Origin: Lentisphaeria bacterium
GTDB taxonomy: Bacteria; Verrucomicrobiota; Lentisphaeria; JABSQK01; JAWLHB01
Reading direction: 5' to 3'
Assembly: GCA_041690595.1 (NCBI GenBank)
Contig: JAWLHB010000019.1
Span: forward strand, 76,335-140,334
Length of the DNA stretch: 64,000 bases
Shown in pieces: positions 9,801-19,487 of the stretch (its first letter is position 1; each line of letters starts with the position of its first letter). The notes below the pieces were generated by a model. That model saw nothing but the letters and a program-made list of their open reading frames with translations, made no database searches and was not told the origin of the DNA. The position numbers were made by a program, and so were the translations under genes.

Positions 9801-10350
9801 ACATCCATTCCAGGGTCTCGGCATCGCGGTTCGGCCAATAGATGTAGCCCCGAAACTGGAACCTTGGTTCCTCAACGTCATCGAGCTCATCGACAACCAA
9901 TGTCATCTGCTTCGGCACATGATCATAGACGGGAGTCAGAAAGCGAACTCCCAGATGATCGTCCAAGAAGCCATAGACGCCATACTTCAGCGCTCGCTCG
10001 GAAGCACCGGTGATAACGAGCCGATTGCCTTCTGTATGCAGGCGATATGCCTGCGCGGCAGTGGGGCGGTCGCTGGCACCGGGCACCTTGTCAACCGTTT
10101 GCAGCACCACGGCCGTCTCCTCTCCGGTCGCCGCTTCGCGGATAGGAATCCTGGCGCCGGTCATCTCTTCAAGGTAAGCCTGGAGAATCTCCGCCTGTTC
10201 CACATGACCGTTGGCCACGATCACGGCTTTCGCCGTTCCATCCTCGATCAGAATCACCCCCCGTGAGGTAAGAGCGGACAGCGCAAGCGCCATCGTCAGC
10301 CACTTTATGCATGGTCGAGCAAGAAATAGGTGCTTCAGGGTCGTTTTCAT
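6895..10350 (-). CDS. Secreted DUF4838-domain protein with C-terminal FGE-sulfatase (SUMF1) fold domain
   Basis: Signal peptide. GH67N-like start (YGVYGFLDDHLGVRF), DUF4838-like GDGFTPCLCDECR and FAYFDT. C-terminal LPTEAQWEKAARG, YPWG, MAGNVWEW, VLRGG. Confidence 0.8.
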   Translation of the reverse strand: MKTTLKHLFLARPCIKWLTMALALSALTSRGVILIEDGTAKAVIVANGHVEQAEILQAYLEEMTGARIPIREAATGEETAVVLQTVDKVPGASDRPTAAQAYRLHTEGNRLVITGASERALKYGVYGFLDDHLGVRFLTPVYDHVPKQMTLVVDELDDVEEPRFQFRGYIYWPNRDAETLEWMYRQRAGGLPVETLTAKHNFYEYAPPAQFAETHPEWYPLKADGTRQPDWAFGLCATNAELAKQFAKHFVGLIEKYPETEVFPAAQGDGFTPCLCDECRALVRAEGTEAAPFVLLLNRVLEIASGSHPDKGLITFAYFDTLPPPKTMRPHEKLWINVVSSSLSQNQAGDQLNLIENNPANRDYEKALIDWCKVAPGRVTVYHWDGLDPGNGEYSEWPTLFPHCENIRFMDRQGVSGLHVASRTHNFNWSWLYNYVWHRMLWNPDTDEAAATKEFLRTYYGEKAAPVLWEYLTYVDQARRESGYGAPTVRWQSWPRISRQKLFTPEVAEQMAALFDRAEALAATESNPVYLQHVQEAYATSVADVLVGHAADRSERLAPAVDPATGELWMVHGGDPGVVKPLRHLLGQVMVYDRGPGTIYKRQNGGLLERLHNQAFKADIVPNLAGQITSLVHLPSKTDVFAAFGNKMGYEDLFPATYGQFYSVVESTPEKVVTKVDLQPGRWDWPRGDLTRTVSLDEAGGGLKIEREFEQKGGPRSSYLERPRRFSTHWRLAMPDHAVAEVVIVKAGARKRITFSDIKLGSIRGAKDEAVGKRAPGGDNQESAFEAVLAVSTTEETVVPIDVSDGDLEIRFDRGDGLEAVILTTVDGYEAVTLKPMPREKSLLVKLQAKPQPVTKEATRIVLPPQSVRVEAVANRAGFNPERELEPETVRESPRILITGEGTAVNERDGAELVWIPAGDFLRGSKPGVGGSDEWPQRTIFLDGYWITRFPVTLGKFKSYIQSTGQKMPDMPWGQDMRLDPDASEDDYPALMSWFEADEYAKWAGAQLPTEAQWEKAARGTDGRVYPWGDTWNPACAVGMERTKYQFKTGMYPVGNSPQGVSPYGVEEMAGNVWEWVADWYDHDYYKISPDANPTGPERGQMKVLRGGDSSWDESYHRSATRFINPPQVRDWVKSGFRYVIAEKSTQENLK

Positions 10351-10381
10351 GAAATGCTGAGCCTCCTGGAATTGTCTCTTT

Positions 10382-13300
10382 TCAAATGTTGTCGTCCCAC
10401 GTTATCTCAATGGGTTCACGCACGGTTTCCCCAGTCACTTCATTGGTCAACAGTACGGTCCATCGTCCCTCCGGATCCGTGAGCCGCCCCAGATGCATCG
10501 TTACCCGACCCGTGCCGTCCACCTCAGTGCTTGTCTGCCTGATATACGTCGTCGGCCGACCGCCGGGGTCCAACAGCTCGACCCGAACGGGCCAGGCCGC
10601 CGGCACCACACGGTCGACGTCATCGCGCAGCGAAAACCGGATATGCACACGACCTGCATCAACATCCGCTTCGGCATGAAGATCCGCAACGGGTTGGGGA
10701 GGCAGAACGTAGGGCGCCCAGCCACCCGGCGGCAGAACTTCCGAAAACGTGACGCTGCCGTCCTCGTTCCGCAGGTTGCGTTCTTCGCCGGTCACCAAAT
10801 GGAAGGCAACCGCACCGGAATGCCGGAAACGCACCCGGACTTCGCAACTCTGCTCCATCTCCGTGTTGAGAATGAACAGATAGGGGGTCTTGCCCGCCCA
10901 CAGCAGATGAGCGCCGACCTGCCCGCTCGCACTCTCTATCTCGATATCGCTCCGAGTCAGGCGCGGCAATACCCTGGAACGAAGATGATTGGCCCATTTC
11001 CCCACCGCCCGCGTCCTCATGAGCGGACCACCACCTGTTTCGAACGTCTCCTCCCACGAAAGCTCCAGAGGCACCGAGCCGGCCGGAATGAGTTTGGACG
11101 TTGTGTCGTAAAACACAGAGCTCTCTTTACGGGCGGCGAAGCGCTCAATCTCCTGCCACAGGCTTTCAGACGAATAGTTGAACCCACACAACACCAGCGC
11201 TTCGTACTCATCCAGCACACCTTCGCGGATCATCCGATCGGTGATCACATCCGGCTCCGCCCCGATAGTGCGAAGTCCCGCAAATACAAGATGATACTCC
11301 GCCTTGCTGTTCGTCTTCGCTACGTGGCCGGCGCGATTCGTCTCGCTCCAGAGAAGCCCGACCTTCTTGGCGGGGCGTTTCTCCAGCCGCGCGAACAGGG
11401 GGCCCTTTGCGTTCAGGAAATCGCACCATTGCTCCAACTCTGTGCGAAGCCCGGCATGGCTGAACGGTCCGGATGCCTTGTTTTCCAGCGGGTCACTGCC
11501 AGCATGGAACCACATGAGCTGCTTGCTCCCCTTGGCAAGCGCCCACGCAGTGTTGAGGCGGAAATCGCTGACGCACCACTCAGGTTGTCCGGTCATATCG
11601 CCGGACCACCAGCCCAGCAGAGCCCACAACGGCTTGCGGGGACGCGCCTGTTGCCGCGCCCAGTGCCGGTCGAACACATAATCGAGGTACCCCCCTCCCT
11701 GGCCCCACCCGCCAGCGTTGGGTTCCCACAACACAGGGTAATTCCAGTCCAGAACAACGTCGTTCTTGCCATACTCGCCTCCGCTATAATTGCCGATGAG
11801 GACGTCCGGCCGATAGATCTGGACCACTCGCCCCAGGCGATAGTACAGCTCCTCCAGTCCCACCGTCGTGAAGTCGTTACCGGGAAGGCCCACCAACTTT
11901 ATCCACTGGAGATAGGGATGGTCGTCCGGCCAGACCGTGCCCTCGGGATCAGTTGGAGGGAATGCGGGCGAGTCCAGGCCGCTACCTTCCTTGAAATGCT
12001 CGACGGCATAATAGCTGTAGTCGCCGATCTTCCATTTCCCGCTCTCGGTGTCCTTGTTCATTCGGAAGGGAACCTCGTCCTGAAAACTGACCGCCATCAA
12101 ACCCGGATGATCGCCTGCCGCGGCCATGATCTGCTCGATCCGTGCGGTCATCATCTTCCACGCAATCGGGCTGAACGGACTCGCCGACGACAGCCCCCTG
12201 TGGTCATCCTCCGATCCATCGGCGAAGACCAGGGTCTGAAGGAATTTCCAGCCCCACTCCGGATCGACCCGCCAGGTGCCGTTCTCGTCCTTCCGGAAGT
12301 ACGGCTCCCTTTTGAGGGACTCGTACTGTCTGCTCCATACATCCAGAATGTTGAAGTTGGGAAAGAGGCTGATGCCGTGACCAAACGCACGGTCGAGCTG
12401 CCTCCAAAACTGATGGTCCCCCTGAGGGCCATTGCTGGACAGGTGCGAAATATGCAGCCGTTCGTACAGCGCCAATGCCTCATCGGACGCCTGGAACGAG
12501 GCACCAAGCCCTATGGGAAATTCCGGTTGACGCTGGTCGCGTACCATCAGCGAGTACGGCTTGCTGACTACGGCTTCGTTCTCCCGCACCGGCATTTCGG
12601 CAACCAGTACGTACTTGCCGGGACGAAGCAGCGCCGTGTCGACCGTGATTTCAGATATTCCTTCGGGCGCGATTGGTCCCAGGTCAATCCGCATTGCATC
12701 ATGCAGGCCGACCAATCGCCCTTCCGCCGTGGCGGCAAAAGGGGTAATTGTGACCGTGGCCTTCTCGCCTCGCAAGTAGGCATGTCGCGGCATGGACAAA
12801 AGCGCCCCGGTGGACAATGTGCCCAAGAATCCGGAAAACGCCGTCTCCTGTCCAGCTTCGTACAGGGCAGAGACCTGCTCAGCAGTGAGTGGCCGGGTGA
12901 GAATAACAATATCGTCCAACAGACCCTGTGCATAGGCGACCGGTGTTTTGCGCGCGCCTCCGGGCGGCAAGCTGCCGATGTCCAATCGGGCACGAGGCGC
13001 GGCTTCGAGCGGCTTCACGTCTGTCCGTTCCCCGATCATCTCTCCGTCAACGAACGCACGCACGGTCGAATGATCCCAGGTGGTGACAATCAGGTGCCAC
13101 TGCTCTCGCCACGTCTCCGCCAAGCGTCTCATATCCGCATACACCGCATCGCGGTGATCCGCGGTCGCATGAACGCCAATGCGGCTGCCGCTTATCTGCG
13201 CCTGGAAACTCGCCCAGCCCATGCCATACAGCCAGACACCTTCCTCTGACAAATGGCGAGTTGGTTTGTACCAGAGCGCGACCGTTCCCGCATCGTAGGG

Positions 13301-13648
13301 GAAGGCGCGCACATCGACCACATACGCCAGGGCATCGCCAAGCCGTCCCTCACGCGGCACGCTGATCTCCAGCGCCCGTCCGGCAACCCCATCCCCAAAC
13401 TTCAAGGATGCCTTACTTTCGTCGTCAACCGAATCTGTCGTCCATTGACGATGATCCACCTGTAGCACCGCGTCACCGACCGCGGGTTGCACCACCCCAT
13501 CCATCGGCAGGTACAGCCAGACATCATCTATCGAACCTGCTTCCGCTTCGTTTTCTGCTCCGTCCGCCCCAGCCAGAAAGAAGAGGCAAGCGCAGGATAT
13601 GAGGATACAAAGCCGAAAGATCACGGTCGTTCTCCTTGGGGTCTTCAT
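10382..13648 (-). CDS. Large secreted LamG-domain protein with putative glycoside-hydrolase barrel and GATase-like/trimerisation domain
   Basis: Signal peptide after MKTPRR. LamG motifs GTVALW, WHLIVTTWD, FVDG, GLLDD. Central FQDE and later LDEYEALVL. Start moved from 13750 because a promoter lies at 13715-13742. Confidence 0.7.
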   Translation of the reverse strand: MKTPRRTTVIFRLCILISCACLFFLAGADGAENEAEAGSIDDVWLYLPMDGVVQPAVGDAVLQVDHRQWTTDSVDDESKASLKFGDGVAGRALEISVPREGRLGDALAYVVDVRAFPYDAGTVALWYKPTRHLSEEGVWLYGMGWASFQAQISGSRIGVHATADHRDAVYADMRRLAETWREQWHLIVTTWDHSTVRAFVDGEMIGERTDVKPLEAAPRARLDIGSLPPGGARKTPVAYAQGLLDDIVILTRPLTAEQVSALYEAGQETAFSGFLGTLSTGALLSMPRHAYLRGEKATVTITPFAATAEGRLVGLHDAMRIDLGPIAPEGISEITVDTALLRPGKYVLVAEMPVRENEAVVSKPYSLMVRDQRQPEFPIGLGASFQASDEALALYERLHISHLSSNGPQGDHQFWRQLDRAFGHGISLFPNFNILDVWSRQYESLKREPYFRKDENGTWRVDPEWGWKFLQTLVFADGSEDDHRGLSSASPFSPIAWKMMTARIEQIMAAAGDHPGLMAVSFQDEVPFRMNKDTESGKWKIGDYSYYAVEHFKEGSGLDSPAFPPTDPEGTVWPDDHPYLQWIKLVGLPGNDFTTVGLEELYYRLGRVVQIYRPDVLIGNYSGGEYGKNDVVLDWNYPVLWEPNAGGWGQGGGYLDYVFDRHWARQQARPRKPLWALLGWWSGDMTGQPEWCVSDFRLNTAWALAKGSKQLMWFHAGSDPLENKASGPFSHAGLRTELEQWCDFLNAKGPLFARLEKRPAKKVGLLWSETNRAGHVAKTNSKAEYHLVFAGLRTIGAEPDVITDRMIREGVLDEYEALVLCGFNYSSESLWQEIERFAARKESSVFYDTTSKLIPAGSVPLELSWEETFETGGGPLMRTRAVGKWANHLRSRVLPRLTRSDIEIESASGQVGAHLLWAGKTPYLFILNTEMEQSCEVRVRFRHSGAVAFHLVTGEERNLRNEDGSVTFSEVLPPGGWAPYVLPPQPVADLHAEADVDAGRVHIRFSLRDDVDRVVPAAWPVRVELLDPGGRPTTYIRQTSTEVDGTGRVTMHLGRLTDPEGRWTVLLTNEVTGETVREPIEITWDDNI

Positions 13649-13714
13649 CCAATTCTTTCGGGCGCTGCGGTATAGAATGCCCTTTGGCACTCTTGAGGGT
13701 CGCACCGTCCCTGT

Positions 13715-13742
13715 ATTATAGACTACCCCAAAGTGAATGCAA
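13715..13742 (-). promoter_or_regulatory. sigma70-type promoter of the LamG/DUF4838/sulfatase operon
   Basis: Minus strand TTGCAT-N16-TATAAT. Confidence 0.6.
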
Positions 13743-13815
13743 TTATCCATGCGAAAAATCCAGGCCGCTCTTTCCTGCGATCAAGGATGATTGCAGGGCG
13801 GGGTGCGGAGAGAAC

Positions 13816-14787
13816 TCAGGGGCCGATGAAACGGGAGACGGCGCGGGTGACGCGGAGCTGGTCGTGGATGGCGACTTCGGGTAGATCGAAGTGGCCGATG
13901 TGGCGCTCGATGGTTTCGGAACCGTCGCTGGTAATAGCGTTGGCAACAGCGAATTGGCCGGGTGGGGCAACACAAGGGTCGAACTGGGCGGGGGAAGTGA
14001 TTACCGGAATGGCGATGTGAGTGGCGGCGGTGGCGGCATCGTAATAGGCGAGGATGTCGAGGAGATCGGGGTGGGTGGCGGCATAGTCGATCACGCCTTG
14101 TCCGCTGCCGTTGCATGGGCATTGCAGGCGGATGGGCTGCTGTCCGAAGGTGGGAACATCGAGGACGGCGCGGGAATAGCGTGGCTCCCATGGCAGCATG
14201 AGGGCACCGAGGCCGCCGCCGAAACTGCCGCCGATATAGACAAAGTCGCGGGCATCGGGGAAGAGTAGCTGGGCGGCGTCGAGGGTGCTCCAAAAGGTGG
14301 CCACGCAGGCGCGGAGGATATAGGTTTCGCGGCTCTGGATGCCGACGGTGACGTGCGTCTGACCATGTTCGTGGCGAAAATCATCGCGGGCGGAGAGGTG
14401 AAAGCCGGGGGCGCATGGGAAGATCCAGGGTGCGCGGGCACGGCAAACGCGCGCATAGTCGGGGGCGGCGCGGCCGCCATAGCCGTGTCCGGCGACGACG
14501 ACGGAGCTGGTGTCGACGTTGTGGTGGGGGATGACGACCCAGGCACCGACGCCGGTGTAGCCGAGGGTGTCGAAACGGATCTCGAAGGTCTCGAAATCGG
14601 GGTGCTGATGCTGGCTGGGTAGGCGCTGGAGGGAGAGGGGCGTGTCGCGGCAACGATCGTGAGTATCGCGCCAGAAGGCCTCGAAGTCGTGCGGGGCGGG
14701 TGGCGGGGGGACCGCGCGAAGGGCCTGGAGGTTGTAGCCGTAGGTAGGGTCGAAGGGGAAGGAATGGCCAATGGTCGAGACATCCAT
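13816..14787 (-). CDS. Acetyl xylan esterase / CE7-like alpha/beta hydrolase
   Basis: PHDFEAFW, GHGYGG, nucleophile GGSFGG, LAYYD, FDPCVAP, C-terminal GH. Start at MDVSTIGH. Confidence 0.85.
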   Translation of the reverse strand: MDVSTIGHSFPFDPTYGYNLQALRAVPPPPAPHDFEAFWRDTHDRCRDTPLSLQRLPSQHQHPDFETFEIRFDTLGYTGVGAWVVIPHHNVDTSSVVVAGHGYGGRAAPDYARVCRARAPWIFPCAPGFHLSARDDFRHEHGQTHVTVGIQSRETYILRACVATFWSTLDAAQLLFPDARDFVYIGGSFGGGLGALMLPWEPRYSRAVLDVPTFGQQPIRLQCPCNGSGQGVIDYAATHPDLLDILAYYDAATAATHIAIPVITSPAQFDPCVAPPGQFAVANAITSDGSETIERHIGHFDLPEVAIHDQLRVTRAVSRFIGP

Positions 14788-14806
14788 GTGGACAGGTAGC
14801 CGGTGG

Positions 14807-16612
14807 TCAGGGGGTGTAGATGTAGATATCGCTGCGGGGCAGACGGTAGATGGTGCATGCTTCGCGCGGTGGCGGCTCGGGCAGCCAGGCGGCGAGATGA
14901 TCAAAGGTGTGCTCGGGCTTGTCGACGATTATGTAGAGGGTTCCGGGGCCTTCCTGGTAGAGGAAGGCGAGGTCGATATCGAGCCGCAGGAAGTAGTAGT
15001 GGAGGATGGTATCGACAGGGGTGATGGCCACGACGCGGTCTCCGGGCCGGAGACGTGGCTTGAGCCAGGCGGCGATGTGTGGCGTGTCGGGCGCATCCTC
15101 GACACCGAGCATGCCCATGTTGCCGAGTTGGAGGCGGGAGTAGCGACGGGATGCGTAGGCGTCGACGGAACGATGGCGGACGACGGCGCCACCAGAGACG
15201 ATGGCGATCAGGAGGCAGGCGGAGGCATAGGCGGTACGTTGGCTGCGCCCGTTGCCCGGCCATCTGCTCAGGAGGGCGGTGACGCCTGCGTCGGCGAGAA
15301 CGAAGAGGATGGGCAGGAAGTAGATCCAGGTACGATTGCCGGGTATGACGCGCATGACCAGAAGCAGGAGCAGTGCCCCCGCGGCCAGGGAGAAGGGGGC
15401 GATACCCCAGGCGGTCCGATGGCGGAGCAGCCAGCCGGTGCCGCCAAGCACGGCGCCGGCGACGATCACTTGCAGCAGGGGAGGTACCTCGCCCACCCAG
15501 AGCAGCCAGACGGCGATCATCTCCCGCCAGATGGCCAGAGGGAGCGCGTGTTCCGGAGGTGCATTGACGAACTTGTTGTCGAGCAGCGCGTCGAGGCCGG
15601 AGTGGACGATGACGGGAAGGTAGAGAATCGCTGTCAGGGCGATGCAGAGCAGGCAGCTTGTGGTCAGCAGGAGGAGGGTTTCGCGGCGGGCTGCGGGGGA
15701 GTCCCGGCGCCACGCGAGGAGGACGGCCCAGATGGCAAATCCGGCGAGGGCGAAGGTCATGGTCTGGAGGGTGACCATGCCGGCGGCACCGACGATGGCG
15801 GCGATGACGCCCGCCGCATGAGAACGGTGGCGGATCATATAGGGAACGATGAGGAGCAGAAGCAGGGTGAAGAGGGTCATCAGGCTGTAGCCCCGCGAGT
15901 TGACCGAATAGAGGACGAGGAAGGGAGCGGTTGCCACCATGGCGGCGGCAAAGAGGCCACCGCTGCCGCCGTTGAAGCGGCGGGCAGTGAGGAAGCTCAC
16001 GGGGATGAGCGCCATTCCGGCAAGAAGGGCGGGAAGGCGGATAGCCCAAGGGGCCGCCCCGAGGAGCTGGACGCTGGCGTAGGTGAGGAGGGTATGAAGG
16101 AGATGGTTGGCGGGGCCGGGCCAGTGAAACAAGCCGAAGAGGCCGCGGCTGACGAAGGAAATATAGGCGGCGGATTCGTCGCCGCGCATGGGTTCATGCA
16201 GGTACATGAGCCGGAGGACGAGGCCGACCGCGAGGATGCATGCCAGCCCTGCCATGGCGGGGCGATCCATCCAGAGCTGGAGCAGAGCCCGTTTTGCGTC
16301 GGCGCGGAGGATGGGCAGTTCACGTCGGAGCCGATCGGCGGCCACCTGCACCATGGGGAGGAGGGGGCGGCGCAGGAGCAGCAGCAGGATGCCGGCCAGC
16401 ATGAGCAGAATGCCGAGGATGATCGCCCGCGTACTGAAGTCGGTGTAGAGGCCGTGGATGCGGTCGCGGGAGGAGTTGTGGACGGTTCCCTGCAATCGTG
16501 CCCATATCCAGTGGAAGGGAAGGCGGGAGAGGGCGGTAAAGGTGGCTCCAGCCAGCAGGAGCAGGGAGGCAGTGAGGGAATAGAGGGTGCGGGTCAAGGG
16601 CGTAACGGACAT
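14807..16612 (-). CDS. GT-C fold membrane glycosyltransferase (GT39/PMT-like)
   Basis: Many TM segments; RGDE, WAIRLPA, YSVNSRGYS. Confidence 0.8.
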   Translation of the reverse strand: MSVTPLTRTLYSLTASLLLLAGATFTALSRLPFHWIWARLQGTVHNSSRDRIHGLYTDFSTRAIILGILLMLAGILLLLLRRPLLPMVQVAADRLRRELPILRADAKRALLQLWMDRPAMAGLACILAVGLVLRLMYLHEPMRGDESAAYISFVSRGLFGLFHWPGPANHLLHTLLTYASVQLLGAAPWAIRLPALLAGMALIPVSFLTARRFNGGSGGLFAAAMVATAPFLVLYSVNSRGYSLMTLFTLLLLLIVPYMIRHRSHAAGVIAAIVGAAGMVTLQTMTFALAGFAIWAVLLAWRRDSPAARRETLLLLTTSCLLCIALTAILYLPVIVHSGLDALLDNKFVNAPPEHALPLAIWREMIAVWLLWVGEVPPLLQVIVAGAVLGGTGWLLRHRTAWGIAPFSLAAGALLLLLVMRVIPGNRTWIYFLPILFVLADAGVTALLSRWPGNGRSQRTAYASACLLIAIVSGGAVVRHRSVDAYASRRYSRLQLGNMGMLGVEDAPDTPHIAAWLKPRLRPGDRVVAITPVDTILHYYFLRLDIDLAFLYQEGPGTLYIIVDKPEHTFDHLAAWLPEPPPREACTIYRLPRSDIYIYTP

Positions 16613-16640
16613 GGACTCTCCGGCAGGTCGTGGTGGTTGT

Positions 16641-16668
16641 AGTATACTGGTGCCCACTGGCCTTGCAA
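16641..16668 (-). promoter_or_regulatory. sigma70-type promoter
   Basis: Minus strand TTGCAA-N16-TATACT upstream of the ATG at 16612. Confidence 0.55.
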
Positions 16669-16898
16669 GTGTTGGGCGCGGGCGGCGGAACGAGGAGGTG
16701 AAGGCGTCAATCTCGGTTGTCGGTCGAGATGGTTGGAGGCGGTCGGTGACGTTAGCCAGAGTTGACAGGGGCGGGAGATGTGAGTTTGAGCCGAGGCTAA
16801 AGGAGCTTGTGGCAGGATAGCTGCTAGGAGAGAACGCTTGGAAGGTCGTCCATGCAGCGACCTGTCGAGCGCGAACATGGTGAGAAGGGGAGGAGCCG

Positions 16899-17471
16899 AT
16901 GCGAATACTCGTTGCCGAAGACGATCCGGTGAGCCAGGAAGTGATGGCGTGCTTTCTGAAGGATCTGGGGCATGAGGTGGTGGCGACGGGGAATGGGGTG
17001 GATGCGCTGGCGGCGCACCAGCAGAACCCGTTTCAGATCGTGCTGACGGACTGGATGATGCCGATCATGGAGGGTACGGAGCTGTGTCGTCACATCCGGG
17101 AGGCGCAGGGGGTGAGTTACACGTACATCATCGTGCTCACCTCGAAATGCGGTCGGGCGAATCTACTGACGGCGATGGAGGCGGGGGCGGACGATTTCGT
17201 GGTGAAGCCTTTCGATCCGCTGGTTCTGGCGGCGCGCTTGCGGGTGGCGGAACGCATTGTGGCGCTGCAGTCTCGCGTACGGCAGATGGAGCTGCTGCTG
17301 CCGGTGTGCAGCTACTGCAAGCATATACGGAACGAGCAGGGGGAGTGGGTGACGATCGAGGATCATCTTGTGGCGAGGTTGGGGACCTCCTTTTCGCATG
17401 GCGTCTGCCCCATCTGTTATCGGGAGCAGATTCAGCCCGAGTTGAAGCGGATGCGGGAGCGACCGAGCTGA
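16899..17471 (+). CDS. Response regulator with Cys-rich C-terminal domain
   Basis: REC (AEDD, LTDWMMP, VKPF); C-terminal LLPVCSYCKHIR...FSHGVCPIC. RBS GAGGAG. Confidence 0.9.
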   Translation: MRILVAEDDPVSQEVMACFLKDLGHEVVATGNGVDALAAHQQNPFQIVLTDWMMPIMEGTELCRHIREAQGVSYTYIIVLTSKCGRANLLTAMEAGADDFVVKPFDPLVLAARLRVAERIVALQSRVRQMELLLPVCSYCKHIRNEQGEWVTIEDHLVARLGTSFSHGVCPICYREQIQPELKRMRERPS

Positions 17472-17555
17472 GTGCTCCAGGGTGCCAGGTTGAATCTGCC
17501 GGCTGGAGGCGTTAACTTAAAGAGAGTTCCGGACCACCAACCCCGTTGGTTTCCC

Positions 17556-18458
17556 ATGTTTCGTGTTAGCTGCCAATTTCTCCTGCTGCTGGCCATCGCG
17601 CCACTGGTTGCCGCGGAGATGCCGTTGCTCGCTCTGGACATTCGCACCACGGCGGGCGCAGAGGTGTCGGGGGCCTTTGTGTTGCGAGCGGACGGGGTGC
17701 TGCATGATGAGGTGGGGGGACGTTTTTACGCGTGGCAGGAGATCGTGCCGAGTTCGCTTCCCGTGCTGGTACGCCAGGCGGTTCGCAAGCGGCTGATCGC
17801 GATTGCGGAGCAGGCGGAGCGGCTGTACGCGGAGGGAAAGATCGCGGAGGCGCAGCCCAGGTACGTCTATCTTCATTCGCTTCGGCATTATCTGACCGCG
17901 GAGGACAAAGGAGTGGCGGCGTTGGTGGATCTGGAGCAGAAGCGGGAGGGGCGGGTACTGCATGAGGGGCAGTGGGTCACGCATGCGGAACATCAGGAGG
18001 AGCTGGGGCGGGTCGAGGTGAACGGTGACTGGGTGGACCGGGAAAAGGCGGAGATCTACCAAGCCTTCAAGGAGGCCTTTGCCCGGGCTCGCGAAGCCGA
18101 CAACCCGGAGGATGGGGCGTTGCTCCTGGCCCGGGTCATCAGCGAGTATCCGGAGGCACCGTATGTGCAGGCAGCGAAGGCCCTGCACGACCGGTTGCTG
18201 GCGGAGGCCGCCGTACCGCTACCAGAAAGCGCCCCCGACACTTTCAATGGAGAGCTTGCCCAACTGCCGCCGCTGCCCGAGCTGCCGCGCAGCACCACCT
18301 ACGGCTTCGAGTCGAGCACCAGCCGCTATCATACCTGGGATTACTATCCGCCCAAGATTATCATCAATGGCGACAACATCATTGCGATTCCGCCCACTCC
18401 CCGCCACTTCCACCGTCATTCGTATGGGTCGGGGCTGCGCATCCACGTGGGGAAGTGA
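17556..18458 (+). CDS. Secreted hypothetical protein
   Basis: Signal peptide; repeated GxVxxxGxWV motif (RVLHEGQWVT, VEVNGDWVD); helical TPR-like segments. Confidence 0.7.
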   Translation: MFRVSCQFLLLLAIAPLVAAEMPLLALDIRTTAGAEVSGAFVLRADGVLHDEVGGRFYAWQEIVPSSLPVLVRQAVRKRLIAIAEQAERLYAEGKIAEAQPRYVYLHSLRHYLTAEDKGVAALVDLEQKREGRVLHEGQWVTHAEHQEELGRVEVNGDWVDREKAEIYQAFKEAFARAREADNPEDGALLLARVISEYPEAPYVQAAKALHDRLLAEAAVPLPESAPDTFNGELAQLPPLPELPRSTTYGFESSTSRYHTWDYYPPKIIINGDNIIAIPPTPRHFHRHSYGSGLRIHVGK

Positions 18459-18687
18459 GGTCGCCGGTGCGATTCTGGAGGTGTGGCGGGGATGTGTCGG
18501 GATCATTCGGCGCGGTTACTCTTGGCAGGGGGGCAATCCGGCGGCATATTGCGGGCGAACGATTTCAACCGCCACATTCGGGGTGCGCGAGTCGCGGCAT
18601 ACGCGGAATGGGGTTCAGTGAGGAACCATCACCGCTTGTCGTGACCGGCTGCCAGTTGCGCCCGGGGAGACTGTAAAGGGGAAACTC

Positions 18688-19320
18688 ATGGCAAAGAAGA
18701 AGATCGACAGCGCGTCCAGCGACGGGACGATAAAACTACCATCACCTGATTATGTAAGTTCGCTGAGCTGCGAGCAGGCGCTTCGGCTGCGCCGTTCACG
18801 GCGAGAGTTCACGCCGGTACCGTTGAAGGTGAAGGAACTGTCGCAGCTGCTGTGGGCCGGCCAGGGGATTACCGGGGCCGGAGGACTGCGTACGGCGCCG
18901 TCGGCCGGTGAGACGTTCCCGCTGGAGACGTATGTGGTGATTGCGGGCGTGGAGACACTGGAGGTGGGGTTCTACCGGTACATAAACGACGGTCATCGCC
19001 TGCGCGAGCTGCGTCGTGGGGACTTTCGGCAGGAGCTTGCGAAGGTGGCGCTGGAGCAACAGTGGGTGCTGGATGCGGCGGTGATCGTGGTGCTGGCGGC
19101 AGTGGCGGAGCGGACGAGCGGCACCTATGGAGAACGCGGCATTCGGTATGTGCACATGGAAGCAGGAGCGGCCGGGCAGAATCTGAACCTGCAGGCGGTG
19201 TCGCTGGGGCTGGGTTCCGTCTTCACGGCGGCGTTCGACGATGCGGGCGTTTCGCGGGTATTGGAACTGCCGGCGGAGCAGAAGCCGCTGCTTCTGGTAC
19301 CGATCGGCAACATTCCCTGA
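18688..19320 (+). CDS. SagB/ThcOx-like nitroreductase family protein
   Basis: RRSRREF, LSQLLWAGQGIT, RTAPSAG, EAG..GQN, AFDD. Confidence 0.9.
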   Translation: MAKKKIDSASSDGTIKLPSPDYVSSLSCEQALRLRRSRREFTPVPLKVKELSQLLWAGQGITGAGGLRTAPSAGETFPLETYVVIAGVETLEVGFYRYINDGHRLRELRRGDFRQELAKVALEQQWVLDAAVIVVLAAVAERTSGTYGERGIRYVHMEAGAAGQNLNLQAVSLGLGSVFTAAFDDAGVSRVLELPAEQKPLLLVPIGNIP

Positions 19321-19487
19321 GCTGATACGCCGCAGGGAAGCCGAATTTTTGCGAGGTCGATTACCGACGTCGTTCAGCCTCGAAAAGTGGAGGCGGGAGA
19401 GGAAGCATCTTGTAAAGCTTCTGGCAGTTGACTAATCGTAACGCAACGGAACGAGACCCGGAATCGATACGCGGCAAAGGAGTCAGA

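Noticed and set aside
13700..13800. oriC or dif at the skew switch
   Set aside because: No DnaA-box cluster or dif-like 28-mer; the AT-rich patch is explained by a promoter.
18688..19320. RiPP (azole) biosynthetic cluster suggested by SagB-like gene
   Set aside because: No YcaO, precursor peptide or transporter nearby; a stand-alone nitroreductase.
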